From IMG/VR virus record IMGVR_UViG_3300021255_001866, positions 25,314 through 89,313 of that record: DNA of 64,000 nt, one strand, 5' to 3'. A program made the translations under genes and the position numbers. Under the pieces are notes generated by a model, which worked only from the letters and a program-made list of their open reading frames with translations, was not told the DNA's origin and ran no database searches. Shown piece after piece: positions 35,622 to 45,496 of the stretch (the stretch's first letter is position 1; each line of letters opens with the position of its first letter). Origin of the DNA: a virus. Its lineage: Duplodnaviria > Caudoviricetes.

Positions 35622-37127
35622 ATGAATAATTTTATGAAGGCCCTTAAGAATGAGAATAACTTTGGTTATACTGAAAACGGCGCTGTTAAGAGAATGTCCA
35701 CAATGAGTGGTCTGCTTGACCTTTTTGGGATGGGTGCGGCCTATCGTAATCGTAGCGATACAGATTGTATTTTTCTTTTCCAGAAAGCATTTAAGGAGAA
35801 TCCAGTCTATGCGCTGAAGTGCCTTTTCTACATTCGTGATGTGCGCGGTGGCCAGGGTGAGCGTAGATTCTTCCGTGTTGTAACGAAGTGGTTGGCTGAT
35901 CATGAGACAGATGCGATGGCGCGCAATCTTCAGTATGTGCCCGAGTTTGGACGTTGGGATGATCTTTATGAGTTCGTCAATACCAAACTTGAAGCGGCAG
36001 CCTTCAAAGTAATGGAAAACCAGATTCGTCTGGATATCCAGTGCAAGACTCCTTCGCTTCTTGCGAAGTGGCTGAAGTCTGAGAATACTTCCAGTAAGGA
36101 TTCTCGTGCGCTTGCGAACAAGACTCGTATGGCATTCGGTCTTGATCATCGTCAGTATCGTAAGATGCTTTCGGCGCTTCGTGAGAGAATCAATGTGGTT
36201 GAGCGTCTTATGAGCGCTGGTAAGTGGGATGAAATCGAGTTCGATAAGATTCCTTCTAAGGCTGGTTTCCAGTATCGCAATGCTTTCGCGCGGCATGACA
36301 TTGAGCGTATGAAGTCTGAAAAGCAGGTTCGTACTTACGAAGATTTCATGAAGGATGAGAAGACTACGGTTAATGCCAAGGACCTTTATCCATATGAAGT
36401 CGTAGAAAAGGCTTATAACCTTACTCAGGGTGGTTATTGGAGTCCGCGTAAGAATGCCCCACTGGATAACACAGAGCGTCTTGCAGTTAATAAGTATTGG
36501 GATAATCTGAAGGATTATTTCAATGGCTGTTCTCTGGATGCACTTTGTATGATAGATACCAGTGCTTCTATGTGGGGTAGACCAATTCATGTTGCGATTT
36601 CTCTTGGGCTTTACGCTGCTGAGAGGGCGCGCGGGCCATTTGCTGGACACTATATCTCTTTCTCTCGTAGGCCACAGCTCGTAGCTACTGATGGTGTGGA
36701 TTTTGTCGATAAGGTCGAGCGCATTTATCGTACAAATATCTGTGAGAATACCAATATCGAAGCTGCTTTTGATATGCTTCTTGATACTGCTATCAAGAAT
36801 CGGTGTTCGCAGAGCGATCTTCCGAAGTCTATTGTGGTGATTTCCGATATGGAGTTCGATTATCAAGTCTCTACCAGTTGTAATGATAAAGAAACTCTTA
36901 TGGAAGGCATCCGTAGAAAGTGGCAGCGAAATGGTTATGAGATGCCAGAGCTCGTTTTCTGGAGTGTCGATAGCCGGCAAGACAATATCCCCATGAAGGT
37001 CGAAGGCGGCATTACAATGGTTAGTGGATTTAGTCCAGTAACTTTTGAGATGCTGATGAAGGGTAAAACCGGATATGATCTCATGATGGATAAGCTGAAT
37101 GAAGAGCGTTATGCTTGCATTCAGTAA
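35622..37127 (+). CDS. DUF2828-like protein (TROVE/Ro60-like helical domain plus vWA domain)
   Basis: TENGA, FYIRDVRGGQGERRFF, YVPEFGRWDDL, LAKWL; MIDAS motif DTSAS; ISDMEFD. Uses codons typical of highly expressed genes. Confidence 0.85.
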   Translation: MNNFMKALKNENNFGYTENGAVKRMSTMSGLLDLFGMGAAYRNRSDTDCIFLFQKAFKENPVYALKCLFYIRDVRGGQGERRFFRVVTKWLADHETDAMARNLQYVPEFGRWDDLYEFVNTKLEAAAFKVMENQIRLDIQCKTPSLLAKWLKSENTSSKDSRALANKTRMAFGLDHRQYRKMLSALRERINVVERLMSAGKWDEIEFDKIPSKAGFQYRNAFARHDIERMKSEKQVRTYEDFMKDEKTTVNAKDLYPYEVVEKAYNLTQGGYWSPRKNAPLDNTERLAVNKYWDNLKDYFNGCSLDALCMIDTSASMWGRPIHVAISLGLYAAERARGPFAGHYISFSRRPQLVATDGVDFVDKVERIYRTNICENTNIEAAFDMLLDTAIKNRCSQSDLPKSIVVISDMEFDYQVSTSCNDKETLMEGIRRKWQRNGYEMPELVFWSVDSRQDNIPMKVEGGITMVSGFSPVTFEMLMKGKTGYDLMMDKLNEERYACIQ

Positions 37128-38439
37128 TAACTAAGTATAATAAATAGAGAAGGTATCTCGCATATCTTCTCTATTTTTAATTTGATTTTTTAAAAATTTT
37201 ATGCTATAATATATATAGAAAATGAGAAAAGGAGATTAGAAAAATGTTTGCTTGGTATGTGCGTGGAAATAAAAATGATGTTGCTGAATATAGCGAAGAT
37301 GAAACCCTTCTGTGGGAACTGATGTACGAGCAGTTCATGGATTATTTTTATACTACCTTTAATCATTGTGTGAATCGTGAAGGAATGAGTATCGAAGATG
37401 CTCTTAATGATGCCGCGCGGCGTTCTAATCTGGAATATCTTGAAGATTATGTTGGTAAGGTAGATGAAATTCAGTAAATAGAAAGGATAATTTCATGTAT
37501 AAAGATGTAAGTATGGACTGGAAAGAAAAAATTTTTACTGGCATGAAATTCATTGTTGAAGGTTGTACAGAACCACATGGCAATTGTACGGGTTGTCCAT
37601 TTGAAGCTCTTTGTGATGAATTGGTGGCAATGTATTGGGATGTCAATAGTCCATATGGCGCTCCCGATACTTGGGACATTTAAGAAAGAAAAACAATGAT
37701 AAGAACTGTTATTCCATGTAATCGAATAAGAAAATATATTTGTGACCTTGAATCTTTCCAACAGCAGTATACAGAAGAATCTGAGCAGTATAAAGAGATT
37801 GGCAAGTAGATAGAAACTATACAGATAATGCTAGATTGTTTGCCGGCTGAGAAGATTTGAATTGTTAATTAAAGGAGAATAATAATGGTCAATTATAAAT
37901 CATTTAAGTTGCCCGGAAATGCAAAACTTAGAGTGCGCGCGGATAGTATTGTAGCGACAGTAAGCTCTAAAAAATCAGATTCGATTGAGTTGTTTGTAAA
38001 TGGTGTTGCCACTCCTTGGCATCTTCCCATCGAAGGCGCGCCTTCTAAGATTATCGACTACGTTTGGGAGCGGCATGAAATTGAAAAAGAAGAGGAGAAT
38101 GAGTAATGTATTACGCAAAAGTTAATTGGTATAACGACTACGACGAAAAAGATGTTATTAGTCATATGATGATTCCCGCCGCGGATTATAATGAAGCCAT
38201 GCAAGTGATTACTTCCAATTTTCGCTACATTAATTCTCTTGAGATGAAAGAAGTTGACATTGGTGAGTGTAAAATGATTTTTATTCCCGAGTCATGCGTC
38301 GAAGATGTAATTGCTGAAAATAATTCCTATTAAATAAGAATTATAGGAGAAAGAGTTTGAGTTCTTTCTCCTATAAATTTGCATTTTAAGAATTTTTATG
38401 ATATAATATATATAGAAAATGAGAGAAGGGAAGATTGAA

Positions 38440-39123
38440 ATGTTTGCTTTTGATATTAACCAAGTTGAAGAAGCGCGGCGGATTGTAGAAGATCTGCAGT
38501 TCCCAGAAGAGTTCGGATCAATTGATGATGTTGATATTGATTCTATGCTCAATACCGAAGATGATTATACTATTGACAGCGGCGTATCGAAGCTGGTTAT
38601 TAACATTGATAAATTTCCTTTTGTCATTAAAATTCCTTTTCGTGGACAGTGGCTTGAAATGGATAGTGAGTATGATGACGAAGATACAGAGCTAAATTTC
38701 TGTCCGTTTTATGGCGCGATGCCTTGTGGCCAGTGTGATAATTATTGTGCCGATGAACTTCAGAAGACGCGCGCGGTACAAGAAGCTGGATTTGGCGAGT
38801 TCGTGCCGGAAATGATGTATCTTTGTACAGTTGATGGTTTGGATATTTTTATTCAAGAAAAGGTGAAAGAGCAGTTTTGCTCTCGTAATTCTATTCATAC
38901 CACCGAAGATTCTTTTAATCGTGCAAAACGTATTCGTAGCCCTTTTGAGAGCGAGTGGTTGGCACTGGTTATTGATTGCTATGGTGAAGATGAGTGGGCC
39001 GCTTTCTCCGAATGGGTTAAATCAGAAGAACCAGAAATTTTTAGCGATTGTCATACTGGTAACTATGGAATTAGAATGGATGGAACGCCGGTTATCTTTG
39101 ATATAAGTGGGTTTAGAGATTAA
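38440..39123 (+). CDS. Protein-kinase-like fold protein
   Basis: GVSKLV, VIKIP, IQEKV, DCHTGNYG (catalytic loop) and IFDISG (Mg-binding loop). Confidence 0.7.
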   Translation: MFAFDINQVEEARRIVEDLQFPEEFGSIDDVDIDSMLNTEDDYTIDSGVSKLVINIDKFPFVIKIPFRGQWLEMDSEYDDEDTELNFCPFYGAMPCGQCDNYCADELQKTRAVQEAGFGEFVPEMMYLCTVDGLDIFIQEKVKEQFCSRNSIHTTEDSFNRAKRIRSPFESEWLALVIDCYGEDEWAAFSEWVKSEEPEIFSDCHTGNYGIRMDGTPVIFDISGFRD

Positions 39124-40083
39124 GGAGAAATTATGGATTCAAATGTTGCTGTAATTATTTTATTTATGGTTGTGATAGTATATGTGTATGCTACAAGTAA
39201 TAATAGGTGGCGGCATTAATGTATATTGTCACATAGATTTCTGATTCTAATGCGCGGCCTTGTCCATTTTGTAATTCGGTAGTAATTTTGGTATCACAAG
39301 TAAAATTTGATAAAGCAGAAGATGAAGGTTATAAAATAATGTGTAATTGCGGATGGGCTGGCCGCGTTCTACGTAAATGGAGTAGTAATAAAATGAAGTT
39401 GATAGATAAATGGAATAATTTAATTCAAGAAGGAGAGTTTATTGAATAACATTTGGCTTTTAATAAGTATTGTTTTTTTAAGTATTTCTATTGTACTGAA
39501 CATAGGTTCTAAAAAATAAAAGAAGAGTAATAGATTTCTCCATTACTCAACTATAATTTTATCGAATATATTTACATTAATCCACTTATTCTGCGCGCCA
39601 TCAAACATAAGTATTTGATTATTAATTGGATCATATACCCCAACGTCCCTTAATCCAGCAAGTGAAGTGAGCATAACGTCAATCATGTCACGAAGAATGT
39701 TCGGATTTGAATTTTCTGGAGTATGTAAAATATAATCAATAACTTCGCTCATGCTCATTGTTATCACCTCTTGAATGTAAGTAGTGAAAATTTGCAATCT
39801 GTCTATTTTTATGGTATAATTAGTATATAAAATGGTAGGAGAAGTAATGGAGAAACGATATTTCTATCCAGGGCCAACCGAAGTTCAATATTTATACGAT
39901 GGTATTTGGAGTAAAGGAATTGCATATCGTGAAGTTGTGATTGATCTTTATAGTGGCCAGCCGCGAGCTATTGAATTAATTTATATAGAAGCTGAGAAAA
40001 TGGGAATTCCAGAAGAAGCTGCGATTATAGAAAAGTGTGAATGGATAAATATTCTGGAATTTTTAAATAGTTGAATTAAATAT

Positions 40084-40159
40084 ACCCCCATAGTATAATG
40101 GTTAGTACAGGAGGCTCTAACCCTCTAGGTCTTGGTTCAATTCCGAAGTGGGGGCGCCA
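40084..40159 (+). tRNA. Amber-suppressor tRNA (anticodon CTA), probably Gln-inserting
   Basis: GGAGG-CT-CTA-AC-CCTCT (anticodon 40117-40119); D-stem GTAT/GTAC; 1.72 mismatch; G73; encoded CCA. Confidence 0.92.
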
Positions 40160-40184
40160 AATATTTAGACAGGAGTTGATTATA

Positions 40185-40829
40185 TTGGCATACGTCTATA
40201 AAATTATAAATGATATAAATGATAAAGTATATATAGGGTTAACTTATTATAGTATTTAGTCTCGTTGGCAAATACATTTAAAAGATAGAAAGAGATTTGA
40301 ATGTAAGGATAGGCCATTATATCGAGCTATGAATAAATATGGTATAGATCATTTTTTAATTTAGGAAATTGAAGAATGTTCAGATGAAGTAGTAAATGAA
40401 CGAGAAAAATATTGGATACAATTTTATAATAGTTATTATGATGGATATAATGCTACATTTGGTGGAGAAGGACGGAGAGAATATGACGCTTTAATTTTTG
40501 TTGAAGATTATTAGATTGGTTTAAATGAAACAGAAATTGCAAGTAAGTATAAGTGTGATATGACTACTGTAAGGAGAGCCCTTAATCTTTATAATATTTA
40601 TCCAGATAAGGAATAGCGAAAACGTGTGAAAGAATTGTATGGTAAAAAATGTTGTGGTATTAAAGATGGTATAAGTATTGAGTTTTTAACCATGATGGAT
40701 GCAGCACGTTTTATTAAAGATAATAATTTATCGTGTGATACTCTTGCGGGGATTCAAGCGCATATTGGGCATGTGTGTAATGGTAAAAGAAAAACTGCCT
40801 ATGGTTATAAATGGCAATATATAAATTAA
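40185..40829 (+). CDS. GIY-YIG homing endonuclease with NUMOD-like C-terminus, 4 in-frame TAG
   Basis: TTG start after AGGAG; AYVYKI.N.IN.KVYIG...GYNATFGGEG...CNGKRKTAYGYKW. Confidence 0.85.
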
Positions 40830-41421
40830 TTGCTATTGAAGGAAGTGGTATAGATAGCAAGAACACGAGCTTGGCGCAGATATAAAGATTATACAAAAGC
40901 AAAGCGTAAACGTCATATCGACTATTTAATCTATGGCGCTCATTCGTATTGGTATCCTTGGTATCATAATCTCCACCAATATTCAAAAAATAAAATCCAT
41001 TGTAGTTGTTCTATGTGTCGCCGCAAGACACGTAATAAGAGAGCGGCCGCCTTCTACAGTGGTTCGTATAATCCAACTCGTATGGATCGCCGCAGATTTG
41101 ATTCGATGGCCGCCGATTTAAAAACAATAGGAGAATTAACTAAAGAAATGAAATACGTAAAATTTTATCTTGATAACGGATACGGTGGGACTCAAATTGA
41201 TTACGCGTCTTTTGAAAATGAAGTATCCGAAGATGAAATTGATGAAATGCTGACAGAATTGGCAGAAGATAATGCAGAAGCTTTTGAGTATCTTGCTATG
41301 GATGGTGGTGAATGGGCATCTGATGAAGAGCAAGAAGAATACTATGAAAATGCTTCTACTTATTGTACATGGGCATATGTAACTGAAGAAGAATATTATG
41401 ATGAAATCTAAAGGAGATAAA

Positions 41422-41757
41422 ATGTTTACTAATTATCGGTTTATTGTGACCCCTACTAAAGTTATTGCGCTTTCGTCATTCGCCGGCCGCACTGTACGTG
41501 GTGTAGCTAAGTGCCACCCCGGGGATAGTTTTGATGAAGAGTTCGGTAAGAAACTCGCGGCAGCTCGTTGTAATAAGAAAATTGCAGAAAAGCGTTATGC
41601 TCGCGCGCAGTCTGAGTATGAACAGATGTGTAAAGAGTTTGAAGTTTTTAATGCAAAGGCGCATAAAACGTGCGAATACTTAAGAGATGCGTATACGCGT
41701 AATAAAGAAGCGGCGCAACTCGTTGAAGACATCAGGAGTGAGTTGGGTGATCGTTAA
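41422..41757 (+). CDS. Conserved hypothetical phage protein
   Basis: VRGVAKCHPGDSFDEEFGKKLAAARC; RBS present. Confidence 0.65.
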   Translation: MFTNYRFIVTPTKVIALSSFAGRTVRGVAKCHPGDSFDEEFGKKLAAARCNKKIAEKRYARAQSEYEQMCKEFEVFNAKAHKTCEYLRDAYTRNKEAAQLVEDIRSELGDR

Positions 41758-42109
41758 AGAGCTAAAGTAGATTATATCGAATTATATCGGTTTAGATAAT
41801 GCGTAGGTATATGTCGAAATTCCAATGGGAGAAAACGTATATATTCAAAAACCAGTAGAAAGCCTTCGTATTGAATAGACTTCTTTAAATACATATTGTA
41901 TAATAGCGGGATTAAATGGCGGCGAGTCTAATGAATGACTCAGCCGCCTTCAACATTTTCTAGAAAATTTTTTTCTGCAAAATTTCACCAAAATTGCAGA
42001 GTTATTTTTCAGAAAGTCTACATAAAAACAAAAAGATAGGGAATTAAAAATATTATTTATATAGGGCTATTAGATAGATAGCCCCGAAACAGCTTCAACC
42101 TAATCGCGT

Positions 42110-42832
42110 CCAACGTATAAGTAATACTTCTAAGTATACATCTAAGTATTATTTCTAAGTAATACGTATAAGTAATACTTCTAAGTAGTACGTATAAGTA
42201 GTACGTATATATAGTACGTTTACGTAATACGTCTAAGTAATACGGAATGGAGCCCCACCCACTGCGCCACTACATCTACGTTTTTACGTCTAAGTACTAC
42301 GTCTAAGTATTACATATAAGTAATACTTATACGAATACTTCTACGTATATCGGGAACTGCCGCGCTCAATCCACTACGTATATACTTCTACGTAGAAATT
42401 TTTACGTAAAAATAGTGGGGCATTTTGTCGGAAACATGGAGCCGGCATAGGAAAAGGGATTTTAGAGTAGTTTTTATATATAGATTGGGATGATTTGTCT
42501 CTTTGAAAGATAAGATGTCTTTTTGAAAGATAAGATGTCTCTGGCACCAAATGCAAATAATATCAAATTTTATATATTATATAATTTTAGTACTTATACG
42601 TAATACGTATAAGTATATATTATAATATACGTAATATTTTGGGAAAATTTTGGGCAGTGAAAAATTTTGCAAAAACCCTTATAATATATTATATAATATT
42701 TCCTCCAAATCTACGCTTTTATTATACCATGGATTTTCTCTTTTGTCAAATTTTCACTTTCGAATTTTCACTTCGACGTATTACTTATAAGTATAAAAAT
42801 ACGTACTACTTATAAGTAGTACGTATACGTAT
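42110..42832. repeat. Iteron-like degenerate repeats and palindromes (origin-like region)
   Basis: Tandem about-11-bp units (ACGTATAAGTA / ACTTCTAAGTA / ACGTCTAAGTA); perfect 28-bp palindrome at 42799-42826; non-coding, between convergent gene blocks. Confidence 0.7.
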
Positions 42833-42850
42833 GGCGGAATGCCTATTGGA

Positions 42851-43222
42851 TTAGATCTTGACGTAGCCGCGCTGGGTTCCCTTGCCGGGGATCTTCACGT
42901 CGACCTTACCGACCATGCCGCACTCAACGAGCGGGCGCAGAAGAGACGGGACGGACGCCGGCTTCACGGTCTCGGTAAGACCAGCTTCTTCGATGAGCAT
43001 CGAAGCGGTCTTCGGGTTCTCGCTGTCACCCATCACTTCGAAAAGGGCATCGCGGAGCGGGGCCTTGGCGGCCTGCTTCTCAGCGGCCTTCTCAGCGCTC
43101 TTCACACGGCGGCTTTCGGCCTGCTTGTCGAGCTTCTCGATGGCATCTGCGGCGTGGGCGCGCATTTCGTCGGTGATCTCAGTTCCGTTGATGATTGCAT
43201 TGTAAAGTTCACGAGTAGTCAT
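42851..43222 (-). CDS. MTTRE-family small basic protein with C-terminal winged helix (paralog 1)
   Basis: MTTRELY...KLD...R..K; wHTH-like KTASMLIEE...VPSLLRPLVECGMVGK. Confidence 0.7.
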   Translation of the reverse strand: MTTRELYNAIINGTEITDEMRAHAADAIEKLDKQAESRRVKSAEKAAEKQAAKAPLRDALFEVMGDSENPKTASMLIEEAGLTETVKPASVPSLLRPLVECGMVGKVDVKIPGKGTQRGYVKI

Positions 43223-43357
43223 AAGTTTACCTCTTTCTGGCGTTGGTCGCCACCCGAAATTAATTTTTTTATTAGGGAGAGAGTTTAGAAGTTCTTTCTC
43301 TCTCACTTTCTGTATATATTATACTATAAATTTTCGGATTTTTCAAACTTTTCGGGG

Positions 43358-43681
43358 TTAATTTTTGGATTTTTTGGATTTTTCTTTAGCTTTTTCAGAC
43401 TTTTCGGCAGCTTTTGCGCGCCGTTCAGCTGCAGCTTCACGTTTCATGCGGTATTCTTCTGCAAGTGCGTAGCCGTCGTTTCCTTCGGATTCGTCGGAGA
43501 CTTTTGGGATAATTACGGAAAATTTCACCCAGCGGCCTTCGCCTTCGCAATCGGTGGTAGGAATCATGAGTGTGCCAGCAGCAGTCCAGCAAACGTCTAC
43601 ATCATATTTCTCGCTCAGAAATTTTGCGAGATCATTTGTAAATTCAGAACGCAGCTTGTCAGTGATGTTTTTCTGAGTCAT
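43358..43681 (-). CDS. Small protein with Lys/Ala/Glu-rich tail (paralog family 2)
   Basis: Similar layout to 45146-45496: an E.E.W/F.V motif followed by a charged tail. Confidence 0.6.
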   Translation of the reverse strand: MTQKNITDKLRSEFTNDLAKFLSEKYDVDVCWTAAGTLMIPTTDCEGEGRWVKFSVIIPKVSDESEGNDGYALAEEYRMKREAAAERRAKAAEKSEKAKEKSKKSKN

Positions 43682-44310
43682 AAAATCAATCTCCTTTATT
43701 TTATTTTCTATAAATATTATACCATAAAATTTCTGTTTTGTCAAGAGAAATTTCACTGGTAAAATTAACAAAATTTTTGTCAAATTTTTGCATCTTTTTG
43801 TGAAAATTGACGAATGGATTCCCAGCTCCCAGCTCAGCTGCGGCGCAGCTGCAGCTCATAGGTAAAACGCAGCTCCCAGCTGCTATGGAAAATCAAAATT
43901 TGACACAAGTTAAAATTTGGATGTGCGGGAAAAGAGACAAAATTTGACAAAAATGGAATTTAGACGTCATACGTCTAAATAAAAAATCTGATCAGTTTAC
44001 ACTGATCAGTTCAACTCTTGCGTATTCATCATCATAAGTTTTTCGGTAAAAATTTTCGTATTTTATACGATTTTCTTCTGCTTCTTCTTTACTATATACC
44101 CACCTATTAAATTTTCCATCAAGTGGAACACCTTGCCACGGTTCCTGGAAATGTACTGCATAATTTGCAACCATTTTTATCTCCTCCTTTAGTGTCTTTA
44201 TGATATCACATTTTTAGGAAAAAAGCAAGAGTACAGTTTAGACGTAGTACGTCTAAATAAATTCGTAGAAAAAGTAACAGATCGGTGTCGGTCTGTTACA
44301 ATTTGTTTCT

Positions 44311-44976
44311 TTACTTAGCAAATGCCTCTTTTCTCATTTTCTTGTGCTGTGCCATGCATTTGACGAAGATTTCTTTTTCAATTAGCACATCCTCGAGGCC
44401 GGTGTGATCTTCAATGAAGTCGTTGTTGTGCTTAATATAGCGGTAGAGGATTTCTGCAGTAGCCCGGACACGTCCGCGTACCATGTAATCATTGTCCTGA
44501 CAGAACTTGATGTAGGTTTTCTGTTTGCAGATGGTGTCTTGCGCCATCTTCAGAGTATCCCACAGGGGAATGCCATAGGGGAGAAAATAACGGCTCTTGG
44601 ACTTGGTGACATAGCGCAGGGTGTAGTTGGTAGAGCGATAGTCGAAGCGGGCGTTGTGGGCGATAATCGCTTTGACATTGTACTTCTTGCAGAGGTCAGC
44701 CACGTGGCGTTTGGCGGTGTAGATGGACACGATCTTACGCTTGCCTGCGGCGATCTGAGCCTCATACATGGGGCGCTTTTCGGCGTAATACGCCGTATTG
44801 AAGAGCTGACGATCAGCACAGAACACGTCATAGATAACGAAGCTGAAAGTCTCGTACACGTTGCCCTGACGGTCATGGATACAGCCGCCCAGGTCATACA
44901 TCATAGGATCGTCGAGGCCGTTGGCGGTCTCCGTGTCAATGGTCAGATAATAGTTCTTGCGCTTGTCAATAGTCAT
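44311..44976 (-). CDS. DEDDh 3'-5' exonuclease (paralog 1)
   Basis: IDTET, AHNARFD, HTGLED. Confidence 0.85.
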   Translation of the reverse strand: MTIDKRKNYYLTIDTETANGLDDPMMYDLGGCIHDRQGNVYETFSFVIYDVFCADRQLFNTAYYAEKRPMYEAQIAAGKRKIVSIYTAKRHVADLCKKYNVKAIIAHNARFDYRSTNYTLRYVTKSKSRYFLPYGIPLWDTLKMAQDTICKQKTYIKFCQDNDYMVRGRVRATAEILYRYIKHNNDFIEDHTGLEDVLIEKEIFVKCMAQHKKMRKEAFAK

Positions 44977-45145
44977 AGGTAAATACCTCATTTCATAGTG
45001 TCAAGTAGGTTTGACTTCTCTCCCTCACTTGCAAGCATAGTATACTATGGAATCGGGAAAACGTCAATACCCATATTTAGACGTTGCACGTCTAAAATAT
45101 ATTTTGGAGAAATTGTAACATTTCTGTTACAATCTCTCCGTTTTG

Positions 45146-45496
45146 TTACTCTTCCGTAACCTCGGCTTCCTTGGCGGCTTTTGCGGCGGCCTTCTCGGCT
45201 TCCTTCGCCGCCCTGGCCGCTTTCTTTTCGGCGGCGGCCTTCTCACGTTCGGCCTTCTTTTCGGCCTTCTCCTGGAGCTTCGCGGTGTAGTCCAGGCGCT
45301 CCTGGTAGCACTCGTCAGAATCCTTCTTGACGACCTTCGCCGTCACTTCGACAAATCCTTCCTCGCCCTCGAACACAATCGGGAAGTTGAGCGTGTTGGA
45401 ATTAATCATTCCAACATCCTCGCCCTGGGCGCTCAGGAAGTCGAACAGACGACCGATAACGGCGGAACGGACAGAATTAGCAAGTGCAAGTTTCAT
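45146..45496 (-). CDS. Small protein with Lys/Ala/Glu-rich tail (paralog family 2)
   Basis: EGEEGFVEV...AEKKAEREKAAAEKKAA. Confidence 0.6.
   Translation of the reverse strand: MKLALANSVRSAVIGRLFDFLSAQGEDVGMINSNTLNFPIVFEGEEGFVEVTAKVVKKDSDECYQERLDYTAKLQEKAEKKAEREKAAAEKKAARAAKEAEKAAAKAAKEAEVTEE

Noticed and set aside
35526-36980. 484-aa minus-strand ORF
   Set aside because: Antisense shadow of the codon-biased DUF2828 gene, with no motifs or RBS. The same applies to most overlapping antisense ORFs in the track (e.g. 62503-63381, 42839-43288, 47799-48467).
40160-40200. HDV-like theta ribozyme after the suppressor tRNA
   Set aside because: The trailer is 25 nt of AT-rich sequence leading to an RBS; no nested double pseudoknot was seen here or after other tRNAs by eye. 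A motif search is still advisable.
40854-41411. ATA start codon linked to tRNA-Ile(UAU)
   Set aside because: A single case; an upstream TAG read-through start or gene fusion explains it equally well.
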